Positions 55,391 through 64,000 of a stretch of DNA of 64,000 nucleotides are shown here, piece by piece (position 1 is the stretch's first letter; the number at the start of each line of letters is the position of its first letter). The stretch is from NCBI GenBank assembly GCA_965215755.1, contig OZ244119.1, positions 4,302,117 through 4,366,116 of the forward strand, in the 5' to 3' direction. The position numbers were made by a program, and so were the translations under genes. The stretch comes from Hyphomicrobiaceae bacterium. Its GTDB lineage: Bacteria > Pseudomonadota > Alphaproteobacteria > Rhizobiales > Hyphomicrobiaceae. The notes under the pieces are model-generated. The model was not told the origin of the DNA. It saw nothing but the letters and a program-made list of their open reading frames with translations, and did no database searches.

Positions 55391-55750
55391 ATTTTTGGAG
55401 AGAATGGGTGGGGATCGGGCCAGCCCGTTGCAAAGAGCTAGGACCAACAGCTGGCCCGACCGTCAGCTCGCGGGGATAAGCCGACAGTCAACAGAGTGGC
55501 CAGCGATGATGCCGAAAATATGTCTCGGCTAAATCGACGAATTCGCTTTGTTTTTTGGGGCCCGATGGCGAAGTTTGACGGCTTTGGGACACGAAACGAT
55601 AAGGAAAAAATGGAATCTCGAGTTGCTTTAGAAGCCCCTTTTCATTTGTTCGTCGTTGGATTTCTCAGCCTGTGATAACCAGACGGACGGGTGCTATTTC
55701 CTTTTGCCCATCAATTGATATGCTCCCCGGAATTCATCAGCGGGGCCTTA

Positions 55751-56947
55751 ATGATCGTTACCTCAAAACTGCTGTCGTTCGGTCTGCTTCTCATTGCTGA
55801 GGTGGCAGCCATGGCACTTTGGTTTGTGTCTGCTGCGGTCTTGCCCGAAATGCTCCGCGAAGTTCAATTGCCCGCGTTTCAGCAGGCAGCACTTACGAGT
55901 GCGGTCCAAGCTGGCTTTGTCATCGGTGCACTTATCTCCGCATTCACGGGTATTTCCGATCGATTTGATCCCCGACGCGTTTTCACCATATCGGCACTTC
56001 TAGCAGCCTTGTCCAGCTACGCTCTATTGCTCGTCGGACCGGATACAATTGCTGCAATTGGTCTTCGATTTATAACCGGTGCGATGTTGGCCGGCGTCTA
56101 CCCCGTCGGCATGAAAGTCGCATCTGGCTGGGGTCTCAAAGATCGTGGCCTATTGATTGGTGCTGTTGTCGGCGCGCTAACTCTTGGCTCGGCTGCGCCG
56201 CATTTGATTGCACTTAACGGCGGCGCTGATTGGCGCCAGACCGTGGCCGTGGTTTCGATCTCCGCTGCCCTATGCGGCCTCCTGGTCCTCTTCATTTCGC
56301 TCGGTCCTTACCACGCAACCGCCAGCAAGTTTAACATCAGCGTCCTCGCATCCGCATGGACCAACCCCCGTGTCCGACTGGCCTACGCCGGCTACCTCGG
56401 GCATATGTGGGAGCTTTATGTCATGTGGGCGTGGATCGGTGTTGCAACCGCAGCCTCCTATTCAGCCAGCATGTCGGAGCAGGCCGCCAATGACTTTGCA
56501 AAGCTAACAGCTTTCTTCGCCATCGCCGGAGGTGGCCTTGCGAGCATCGCCGCCGGTTATGCAGCTGACAGAATTGGCAAAGCCAATATTACAATCATTG
56601 CGATGGTGGTCAGCGGGCTGAGTGCTCTCCTGACAGCGCTTACCTTCGCCGGACCACCATGGATTACATTCTTCGTCGTCCTGGTATGGGGAATCTCGGT
56701 CATTCCGGATTCAGCACAGTTTTCAGCTCTTGTTGCTGACGCCTCTCCGCCTGATCAAGCTGGCAGTTTGCTGACTCTACAGACCTCACTTGGCTTTACC
56801 CTGACTTTCTTCACAGTGCAGCTGACACCGACTGTCGTTGCCTATACGGGATGGCCTACTCTGCTCGCTATCCTGGCGCTAGGGCCTGCGTTCGGTATTT
56901 GGGCTATGTTGCGGCATCGCAAATTGGAGCGAGAGGAGCCCGGATAG
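55751..56947 (+). CDS. MFS transporter
   Basis: About 12 hydrophobic segments, with GISDRFDPRRV in the loop 2-3 motif position. ATG 55751 is preferred. The track start is 55691. Confidence 0.8.
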   Translation: MIVTSKLLSFGLLLIAEVAAMALWFVSAAVLPEMLREVQLPAFQQAALTSAVQAGFVIGALISAFTGISDRFDPRRVFTISALLAALSSYALLLVGPDTIAAIGLRFITGAMLAGVYPVGMKVASGWGLKDRGLLIGAVVGALTLGSAAPHLIALNGGADWRQTVAVVSISAALCGLLVLFISLGPYHATASKFNISVLASAWTNPRVRLAYAGYLGHMWELYVMWAWIGVATAASYSASMSEQAANDFAKLTAFFAIAGGGLASIAAGYAADRIGKANITIIAMVVSGLSALLTALTFAGPPWITFFVVLVWGISVIPDSAQFSALVADASPPDQAGSLLTLQTSLGFTLTFFTVQLTPTVVAYTGWPTLLAILALGPAFGIWAMLRHRKLEREEPG

Positions 56948-57220
56948 TGATTGCTTCCGTTGACCAATCACCCTTTACAGCGCGCTGGCGCAGTGTCGTG
57001 AGACTGACTTACAGGACCTTTTCGAGGACACCACTCCCAGTTACCAGGGCGCACCATTCCAATTGCCTATCCGATACATTGTGCGATCTCAGCCAAACGT
57101 CTGTGCAAGGCTTGACCTCAAGGCGCCGACCGGCAACGTTGGCGACTTAAGATAGCGGGTTCGGTTTATCACCCACAAATCACGCGATGCGGATTTTACG
57201 AAGCGCAAGGAGTGCCGACA

Positions 57221-58498
57221 ATGGATGCACACATCTCACAAGAAGACTGGGTCAGCCGTGCTCACAAGGTTCTGCCTGGCGGAGGCTTTGGCAACTTCGA
57301 CCCGAACTACGTCATTCGCGAAGGGCAAGGGATATATGTCTGGGATGAGAACGGCAAGAAGTACATTGACTATCTAATTGGATCGGGCCCGATGGTGTTG
57401 GGCCACGGCCATCCCGAAGTGCTTGAGGTCGTACAAGAACAAGTGGCCAAAGGCATGACCTTCTTCGCCAACAATGCGCGTGGAATTGAGCTTGCCGAAG
57501 AAATCTGTGAAGCCGTCGCCTGCGCTGACCAGGTCCGTTACGTGAGCACTGGTGGCGAAGCTGACATGTATGCCATTCGCCTAGCCCGCGCCTACACCGG
57601 ACGAGATAAGATTCTCAAGTTCGAGGGCGGCTACCATGGCATGTCAGCAGAATCTCTCATGAGCCTGGCTCCGGACATCCTGCAGAACTTCCCGCTCGCC
57701 GTGCCCGACTCTGCCGGCATTCCCGAAGCGATCCGAGACAATATGTTGATCGCCCCATTTAATGACGCTGATTTCATGCGTCAGCTCATTGCGGAATATG
57801 CTGATCAGATCGCGGCTGTCATTGTTGAACCGTTGCAGCGCCTCATTCCTCCGGTGCCCGGTTTCCTAGAGGCACTGCGCGAAGAAACAGAGAAGCACGG
57901 TATTGTCCTTATTTTCGATGAAGTCGTCACCGGGTTCCGGTTTGCCTACGGCGGTGCGCAAGAAAAGTACGGTGTCGTACCTGATCTCTGCACCATGGGT
58001 AAAATTATCGGAGGCGGTTTTCCGCTGGCGGCGATCGGCGGCAAAGAAGACATCATGGCCCATTTCGATAAGGACAAGGTCGGAAAGGAAGGCTTCACAT
58101 TCCAGGTTGGCACTCTCAGTGGCAATCCTGTTGCAGCCGCTGCCGGCTTGAAGACAATGGAAATCCTACGTCGTCCCGGCCAGTACGAGACATTTCGCTC
58201 CAATGGTCAGTTTATCATTGATGCACTCAAACGGCATTTATCGGCAGCAGGGGTCGATCATCAGGTTGTCGGTGACCCGACATTGTTCGATGTGGTGTTC
58301 TCACCGCAAGCCGTAACAGACTATCGTGGAACAATGCGTGGCAATGCCGACATTGCGAAATCGTTCAACCAGAAGCTCCGCGACGAGGGCATCTTCAAGT
58401 CGGATGGAAAATGGTATCCGTCCATCCCCTTAAACGAAGAAGATCTGCAATTCACTGAGGCCGCTATTGCGACCGCAGCGGCACACGTGGCGAGGTAG
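57221..58498 (+). CDS. Class-III aminotransferase, glutamate-1-semialdehyde-aminomutase-like
   Basis: Contains IFDEVVTGFRFAYGGAQEKYGVVPDLCTMGKIIGGGFPLAAIGG (PLP-Lys in MGK). An AAGGAG lies 8 nt upstream of ATG 57221. The track start GTG 57212 lies inside the SD. Confidence 0.9.
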   Translation: MDAHISQEDWVSRAHKVLPGGGFGNFDPNYVIREGQGIYVWDENGKKYIDYLIGSGPMVLGHGHPEVLEVVQEQVAKGMTFFANNARGIELAEEICEAVACADQVRYVSTGGEADMYAIRLARAYTGRDKILKFEGGYHGMSAESLMSLAPDILQNFPLAVPDSAGIPEAIRDNMLIAPFNDADFMRQLIAEYADQIAAVIVEPLQRLIPPVPGFLEALREETEKHGIVLIFDEVVTGFRFAYGGAQEKYGVVPDLCTMGKIIGGGFPLAAIGGKEDIMAHFDKDKVGKEGFTFQVGTLSGNPVAAAAGLKTMEILRRPGQYETFRSNGQFIIDALKRHLSAAGVDHQVVGDPTLFDVVFSPQAVTDYRGTMRGNADIAKSFNQKLRDEGIFKSDGKWYPSIPLNEEDLQFTEAAIATAAAHVAR

Positions 58499-58632
58499 CG
58501 CCACGCGCAGCCGGAGAGCCTATCGGCACAACTCACAACCCGGTTTATCGAGATCGGTATTCCACCTGACATTTTCCTTCGAGCCGCACTGCAATCGTGA
58601 TGCGGCTCCCTCAATAACTCCAGCTGGGACCA

Positions 58633-60711
58633 ATGACAAAACCCATTCGTGTCGCCGTTGATATCGGCGGCACCTTTACCGATCTGCAGATCCACGACGC
58701 ACGCACAGGCGCGGTCCACGACTTCAAAACCCCCTCGACGCCACACGATCCATCGATCGGATTGATCGAGGGCCTCGGCGGCGCCTGCCAACGCTATGGC
58801 TATCAACTCAGCGACATTGGCCTAATCCTGCATGGGTCGACGATTGCGACCAACGCCGTACTGGAACGGAAGTTGCCCAAGGGGGCGCTGCTGACCACAT
58901 CTGGCTTCCGTGATGTTCTCGAGATCGGCCGCCACATGCGCAAGAATGTCTACGCACTCAAGGCAGAGCCGCGGCCTCTGCTCATCCCGCGGCACTTACG
59001 CTTCGAAGTGCAGGAACGCATGCGTGCCAATGGGGATATTGAGACACCGCTGGATGAGGGCGCACTCGCCGGACTGGTCCCGTTGCTTCGAGAGGCCGGC
59101 ATCGAGGCACTCGCGATTGCTTTCCTACATGCATATCGAAATCCTGAACATGAAAAACTAGCGTATGCAGTCCTTCATCGAGAGATGCCAGAGCTGACGA
59201 TCTCAACTTCGCATGACGTCAGTCCCGAGGTGCGTGAGTTTGAGCGCACATCGACAACAGTTCTTAACGCACTTCTGAAGCCTGTTATTTCGAACTACCT
59301 CAGCTCGGTGACCGACCGGCTCGCCGGGGCTGGCGTCGAGGCCAAGCTCTATCTTGTCCAATCCAATGGCGGTGTCGCGTCACCAGATGAAGCGGCCAAC
59401 CTGCCGGCGAAACTTTTGTTGTCGGGACCTGCTGGCGGTGCCATGGCACTTGGCCAACTTGCAAAGCATCACGGCCTTAGCGAGCTCGTTGGCCTCGACA
59501 TGGGCGGGACAAGTTCAGATGTCTCGGTTGTCACCAGCGGTGTCATTGGTGAAACTCAGGAATCCAGCATTGATGATTTGCCGGTGCGCCTGCCAATGAT
59601 CGATATTCGCACCGTTGGTGCCGGTGGCGGTAGTATTGCGCGCTCTGAAGCGTCGGCGCTCCGGGTGGGACCTCAAAGTGCCGGTGCTTATCCCGGTCCG
59701 GTTTGCTATGATCGCGGCGGTCAAGTGCCGACCGTCACTGATGGCAATGCCATCCTCGGACGGATCAATCCTGAGAGTTTTCTCGGTGGCGGCATGTCAC
59801 TTGACATCGATCGCGCCAAGAGTGCCTGCTCTGAGATCATCGCAGACCCGCTTGGCATGGACCTGGCTATCGCTGCTGAAGGCATAGTTGACGTGGCCAC
59901 AGCGCACATGGCCGGTGCGATCCGGCTCTCACTTTTCGAGAAAGGCGTCGACCCCGTCGATTTCGCACTGGCGCCATTTGGCGGTGCAGCCGGACTTCAC
60001 GCATGTGCGGTCGCGGATGAATTGGGCATCGACCGGATCATCTTTCCAGCTCATGCCTCGACTCTCTCTGCAAGAGGCATGCTTTTCGCAGACCTCCGTC
60101 ATGACCTATCGCGATCAGAACTCGTAATTGCCAACAACGGATCTTTGAACCGATTATCGGTCGTTGCAAGCGCGCTTTGCCATGATGCGCAATCCCTTCT
60201 CGAACGCGATGGCATTGCCGATGCTGCGCAGCAAATTGATATCGCCTGCGACATGCGCTATCGCGGCCAAGCCTACGAGATTACGACACCCTGGTTTAGT
60301 CTCACCGGTGGCGAGAAACGCGGTGCACCTACAGACTTGGCGGAGCTTCTCGGCGCATTTCATACCCTACATGAGCAACGCTTCGCACATAGCGCGCCCG
60401 ATGAGGCTGTTGAAATTGTCACTGTCCGCGCATCAGCTATTGGCAGGCTCGATAAGCCTCAACTGACTGAAATGAGTTCGGACTCCGGCAAGCGGAAGCA
60501 AGAAAGTAAGACGCGGTCCGTTTGGTTGGATGGCCGCAGCGTGCAAGTCGTCTCATTCAAACGCGATGACATTATCAACGGTCCGGGAATTGAAGGACCA
60601 GCAATCATCGAAGAGGATTATACCATTCTGTTGATCAAGGGCGGCTGGCACCTTAAGGCACTCAGCAATGGCGATCTTGATTGTGTTCGTGTCGGGAGAA
60701 CAGGCAATTGA
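58633..60711 (+). CDS. HyuA-type subunit, pair 3
   Basis: Motifs are IRVAVDIGGTFTDLQ, VGLDMGGTSSDV and TVGAGGGSIA. 692 aa. Confidence 0.9.
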   Translation: MTKPIRVAVDIGGTFTDLQIHDARTGAVHDFKTPSTPHDPSIGLIEGLGGACQRYGYQLSDIGLILHGSTIATNAVLERKLPKGALLTTSGFRDVLEIGRHMRKNVYALKAEPRPLLIPRHLRFEVQERMRANGDIETPLDEGALAGLVPLLREAGIEALAIAFLHAYRNPEHEKLAYAVLHREMPELTISTSHDVSPEVREFERTSTTVLNALLKPVISNYLSSVTDRLAGAGVEAKLYLVQSNGGVASPDEAANLPAKLLLSGPAGGAMALGQLAKHHGLSELVGLDMGGTSSDVSVVTSGVIGETQESSIDDLPVRLPMIDIRTVGAGGGSIARSEASALRVGPQSAGAYPGPVCYDRGGQVPTVTDGNAILGRINPESFLGGGMSLDIDRAKSACSEIIADPLGMDLAIAAEGIVDVATAHMAGAIRLSLFEKGVDPVDFALAPFGGAAGLHACAVADELGIDRIIFPAHASTLSARGMLFADLRHDLSRSELVIANNGSLNRLSVVASALCHDAQSLLERDGIADAAQQIDIACDMRYRGQAYEITTPWFSLTGGEKRGAPTDLAELLGAFHTLHEQRFAHSAPDEAVEIVTVRASAIGRLDKPQLTEMSSDSGKRKQESKTRSVWLDGRSVQVVSFKRDDIINGPGIEGPAIIEEDYTILLIKGGWHLKALSNGDLDCVRVGRTGN

Positions 60712-62354
60712 GACAGACCCACCTTGATCCAGCTCGCCTCGAAGTTATCCGCAATGCTCTGATTGCGGGCGCTGAAGAAATGAACCTCTCCATCTGGAGA
60801 ACAGCACGCTCGACGGTGGTCCGCGAGACACTCGACTATTCTACAGCGCTGTTCGACGGAAAGGGGCAGGCCGTCGCGCAATCCACGCGCATTCCCATCC
60901 ATCTCAATAGTATGTCGGTGTGTCTCGATGAGATCATTGCCAACCATATTCCACTCGATGATTGGCAACCGGGCGATGTGATCCTGACCAATGATCCTTA
61001 TTGCGGTGGTCAGCATCTGCCGGACTTCGTAGCCTTCCAACCTATCTTCGCAGACGGCCGGCGCGTGGCGATATCGGCATCGATTGTCCACCACGTTGAT
61101 GTCGGGGGTGGCGCGCCGGGCAGCTACTACGCGGGCGCCCGTGAGGTTTATCAGGAGGGCCTTCGCCTTCCTCCAGTGCGTCTCGTTGAAGGCGGCAAGG
61201 TAAGCCAGACCGTCGTCAGTATCATTCGGCAAAACAGCCGTGAGCCGGATAAGATTGCGGGTGATGTCTACGCGCAAATCGCCTGCCTCAAAGTCGGTGC
61301 AAATGCAATTGACCGCTTGGTCCGACGGTACGGGCCGGCGACCATCGTTGCGGCCATGAATGAGATACTTGATCAATCGGAAGTCGAAATGCGCAGTGCG
61401 ATTGGTCAAATCCCGGATGGCATCTATGCGTTTGAAGATTTTGTTGATGACGACGGGCAAGACGCCGTTGGTTTGCAAATTAATGCCCAAGTGAAAATTG
61501 ACGGTGATCGCTGCGTGGTCGATCTTTCCGGTTCTGCTGATCAGGCTCCCGGTCCGGTGAACTGCACACTCAACATGGCTAAATCCGGAGTTTACTGCGC
61601 ACTTCTTTGCGCCGCTGGTGGTCGTGCGATGGCCAACTCAGGCGCTTATCGGCCCATCGACGTCGTCGCGCGTCCGGGTTCCATTGTGAATTGCCGCCCT
61701 CCTGCGCCGGTTGCCAATCGCATGGCGACGGGGCATCGCATTGTAACCACTGTGCTGGGAGCCATCGCAAAAGCTGCTCCCGATCTCATTCCGGCTGCGT
61801 ACTATGGCGTCTCGTATGTCGCTGCCTTGTCGGCACCTGATCCCATCGTCGACGGTGAACGGCGTGTCTACTTCGAGGTCGAAGTAGGAGGGTGGGGTGC
61901 TCATCCCAGCGGCGACGGTGCCGATGGTTTCTCAGCGGGATTCCACAATCTCGCGAATTCGCCAGTCGAGATGTGCGAAACCCTCTTCCCGATTACGTTC
62001 ACTGAATACGGCTTTATTCCTGACAGCGGCGGCAAAGGGCAATATCGCGGCGGCCTCGGTCTTGCCCGCGAATGGCGCTTAGATGCGGACTGGGGCGTGC
62101 TGTCTGGTAACTTTGAGCGGTTCCGATATCCGCCGTATGGATTGAATGGTGGGGAGCCTGGCTCACTTGGTAGCTTTCAACTTAAGCGCAGTGGCGAGGT
62201 GACCGACCTGCCGTCGAAAATTTCTGGCGTTGATCTCAGGCGCGGCGACACAGTCAGGTTGGAGACGTCAGGTGGCGGTGGCTGGGGTGCTGCTGATGAC
62301 CGGGATCCGGACCTGCATGCTCAGGATGTCAAAGGCGGCTATGTCCGGTCTTAG
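60708..62354 (+). CDS. HyuB-type subunit, pair 3
   Basis: Motifs are TNDPYCGGQHLPD, PDSGGKGQYRGGLG and ETSGGGGWG. The likely TTG start at 60708 overlaps the HyuA TGA (TTGA), with GGGAGAA upstream. The track start is 60681. Confidence 0.9.
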   Translation: MRQTHLDPARLEVIRNALIAGAEEMNLSIWRTARSTVVRETLDYSTALFDGKGQAVAQSTRIPIHLNSMSVCLDEIIANHIPLDDWQPGDVILTNDPYCGGQHLPDFVAFQPIFADGRRVAISASIVHHVDVGGGAPGSYYAGAREVYQEGLRLPPVRLVEGGKVSQTVVSIIRQNSREPDKIAGDVYAQIACLKVGANAIDRLVRRYGPATIVAAMNEILDQSEVEMRSAIGQIPDGIYAFEDFVDDDGQDAVGLQINAQVKIDGDRCVVDLSGSADQAPGPVNCTLNMAKSGVYCALLCAAGGRAMANSGAYRPIDVVARPGSIVNCRPPAPVANRMATGHRIVTTVLGAIAKAAPDLIPAAYYGVSYVAALSAPDPIVDGERRVYFEVEVGGWGAHPSGDGADGFSAGFHNLANSPVEMCETLFPITFTEYGFIPDSGGKGQYRGGLGLAREWRLDADWGVLSGNFERFRYPPYGLNGGEPGSLGSFQLKRSGEVTDLPSKISGVDLRRGDTVRLETSGGGGWGAADDRDPDLHAQDVKGGYVRS

Positions 62355-62377
62355 TCGTGCATGTTTCAGGCAACCGC

Positions 62378-62656
62378 TTAAGAGCGGCGAATGCCGAGAT
62401 GCTCAATTTCTTTGACCAAGTTCCGCGCATAGCGCTCGAGGATCAAGTTCATCGCGTCCGAAAGCTCTTCCCGGAAGATCTTCCCAGCCTCGCCCTTGGC
62501 GGCGATCGAACCCGTCTCCTGCAGATGAACCTGGGAGCGTTCATTTTTGATCGCGGTGAGACCGCCTTCCAGTAACCCATGGACGCTCGCGAGTTCCTCA
62601 GTGTAAGCCGAGGCGAGTTCGTCACGGAGCTCTTGAAACAGCTCTTGCTTGTTCAT
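62378..62656 (-). CDS. Hypothetical small helical protein (92 aa)
   Basis: A GGAGG lies 4 nt upstream of ATG 62656 (MNKQELFQELRDELASAYTEE...). The sequence is charged and helical-looking. I recognise no family. Confidence 0.4.
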   Translation of the reverse strand: MNKQELFQELRDELASAYTEELASVHGLLEGGLTAIKNERSQVHLQETGSIAAKGEAGKIFREELSDAMNLILERYARNLVKEIEHLGIRRS

Positions 62657-63021
62657 CATACCTCCACAGTGACGCGTCCGAGCCATCTGGCCACGGAGGA
62701 ACAATGCTTGCGCTGCTCGTCCTTAGACTCCTGCAGCCAATCCAACTTCACACCTACAAGATTCGCATCGCAGCAACAGCCTGAATGCGCCACACGCCAT
62801 TGTTCCTTGCTTTGCTGAGCTTTCCAGGCCGCATTGGCACAAGCCTCAAAGGCATAGGACTTTCAATGTTCTATTCAAAATGAGTAATTATTACTGCGAT
62901 CCTTTCGTACAACCTTCGAGAGTGAATGTGATCGGTACACTACCTATTTCGAATCATACTAACGCTAACGACTGGACGTTGCATAAGACGAAAAAACTAA
63001 CGCCCACGTTGGTGCTCCCGC

Positions 63022-64000
63022 ATGGCTATTCTAGCGCGAAATTTGTCGCTGTTATTGGCTGCTCTGATGCTTGCTTCAGGCTGGGCGTCAGCAGCTGACC
63101 GTGGACAATCCATCGGCTCGTCCAATGCGATGCAGCTCTACAAGAACTGTGTCCTGCGCAGCTTAATGGCGGCCTGCACCGACCTCATCGAACAGGCAAA
63201 GGCTCCCGGATTTTCCAACGTTTATTCCGTTGCGGCGGCCTACTACAAGCGCGGCACGCTCAAGGCTGAGAAGGACCAGCTGGGCGCTGCGCTCGCGGAT
63301 TACAAAATCGCATCGTCATTGTTTCCATTCCCGCAACTTGATCTTGATGTCGCCCGCCTCAAGAAAAGAATGCAGGCTACTGAGGGTCGACCGTCCTCCG
63401 CCACAGAGAAAAAGAATGACCTACCGGCGGTTGTGCGCAACGCTGTTCCGGACAAGAAATCGGCCGTAGACAACAATCAAGTTAAACAAGCCGAACAACA
63501 AGAAACGACAATCAACAGCAAAGATCAGGACTCCTCCGTTGCAACCGTCCGAGCACCTGATCCTGCGTCGAAAACGCTCTCCGCGGCGCAGGCGACTGCG
63601 ACTTCTCGATCACCATCCCTGCCCCGGGCGAAGCAGGCCAAACCTTCTATATCGCGCGCTCCGAAGTCAGCACGTACCAATGCAATCAATGCCCGCCCGC
63701 CAGATATCACGCAGCAGCGCCCTTCCGAATCACGCGCATCGCAGACGGCGGCCGCCGAGACACCAAAACAGAAAGCAGCACTTGCGGATGCCCGCGCAAG
63801 ACCCGTGGCATCCCCCTCGGGCGTGAACCTGTCCGACATCGATTGGGAAACAGTTACGGCGCGCATCATTCATCGTCATCGCACCAAGGGCGTCGATGAT
63901 GGCGTGCGCGCTCGAGAGCGCCCGGCGGCCCTGAGAGGGACGTGTCTGTCAGTGAAAGGCGCGCATTGTAGTCCAACAGCGAGCGGTACGGCGACAGACA
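63022..64000 (+). CDS. Exported protein with a low-complexity Ala/Pro/Ser/Lys/Gln-rich region (3-prime end beyond window)
   Basis: This frame is not in the track because it has no stop in the window. I translated 326 codons from ATG 63022 without meeting a stop. It opens with a signal peptide (MAILARNLSLLLAALMLASGWASAA), followed by a short TPR-like helical part (AAYYKRGTLKAEKDQLGAALADYKIA) and a long low-complexity tract. Confidence 0.5.
   Translation, partial: MAILARNLSLLLAALMLASGWASAADRGQSIGSSNAMQLYKNCVLRSLMAACTDLIEQAKAPGFSNVYSVAAAYYKRGTLKAEKDQLGAALADYKIASSLFPFPQLDLDVARLKKRMQATEGRPSSATEKKNDLPAVVRNAVPDKKSAVDNNQVKQAEQQETTINSKDQDSSVATVRAPDPASKTLSAAQATATSRSPSLPRAKQAKPSISRAPKSARTNAINARPPDITQQRPSESRASQTAAAETPKQKAALADARARPVASPSGVNLSDIDWETVTARIIHRHRTKGVDDGVRARERPAALRGTCLSVKGAHCSPTASGTATD

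Noticed and set aside
60618-61490. 290-aa ORF antisense to the third HyuB gene
   Set aside because: It lies fully inside a well-supported HyuB CDS with clear family motifs. Its translation has no recognisable motifs and is Arg-rich, as is typical of shadow ORFs in GC-rich DNA.
1-64000. Window-wide look for CRISPR arrays, IS elements/transposases, integrases, prophage structural genes, rRNA/tRNA genes and toxin-antitoxin pairs
   Set aside because: I recognised none. I saw no regularly spaced direct repeats and no DDE/tyrosine-recombinase-like translations. No ORF pair had typical TA size and geometry; the XRE gene is divergent from, not co-transcribed with, its neighbour.

Overview
This is a gene-dense 64-kb window of about 54 CDS and looks moderately GC-rich by eye. 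I found no rRNA, tRNA, CRISPR array, transposase or integrase. All family calls come from reading the translations for motifs; no database search was run. Gene content (DUF1194, a PraR-like XRE regulator, a PAS_5-like domain, many HyuA/HyuB and amidase paralogues) suggests an alphaproteobacterial (Hyphomicrobiales/Rhodobacterales-like) chromosome or megaplasmid, which is inference.

The window has two parts:
- **About 2.4-9.6 kb, accessory-looking:** an XRE regulator, two convergently overlapping hypotheticals, an orphan NPPF methyltransferase, a SnoaL-like protein, a NYN-domain protein, a thioredoxin-like protein and a patatin-like protein with degenerate catalytic motifs.
- **About 9.7-62.4 kb, a very large C-N bond catabolic island:** three HyuA/HyuB (hydantoinase/oxoprolinase-type) pairs, four amidase-signature amidases, a dihydropyrimidinase/D-hydantoinase, an M20 carbamoylase, an asparaginase, M20 and M19 dipeptidases, two class-III aminotransferases, several oxygenases/flavoproteins, a sulfatase, malate synthase G, and MATE, DMT and MFS transporters.

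The most interesting candidates:
- **Nine-gene operon (40922-50637, minus strand):** a cyclic amidohydrolase is translationally coupled to an orphan 107-aa ORF and a COG0523 metallochaperone GTPase. Downstream come an asparaginase, a carbamoylase, a 2OG oxygenase, a PPOX flavoprotein and two amidases.
- **Two HyuAB + omega-aminotransferase modules:** these resemble ATP-dependent lactamase pathways. One carries a sulfatase, a TMADH/StcD-like flavoprotein and a HyuB with an extra C-terminal domain.

No transcriptional regulator and no ABC transporter is visible across about 55 kb of catabolic genes.
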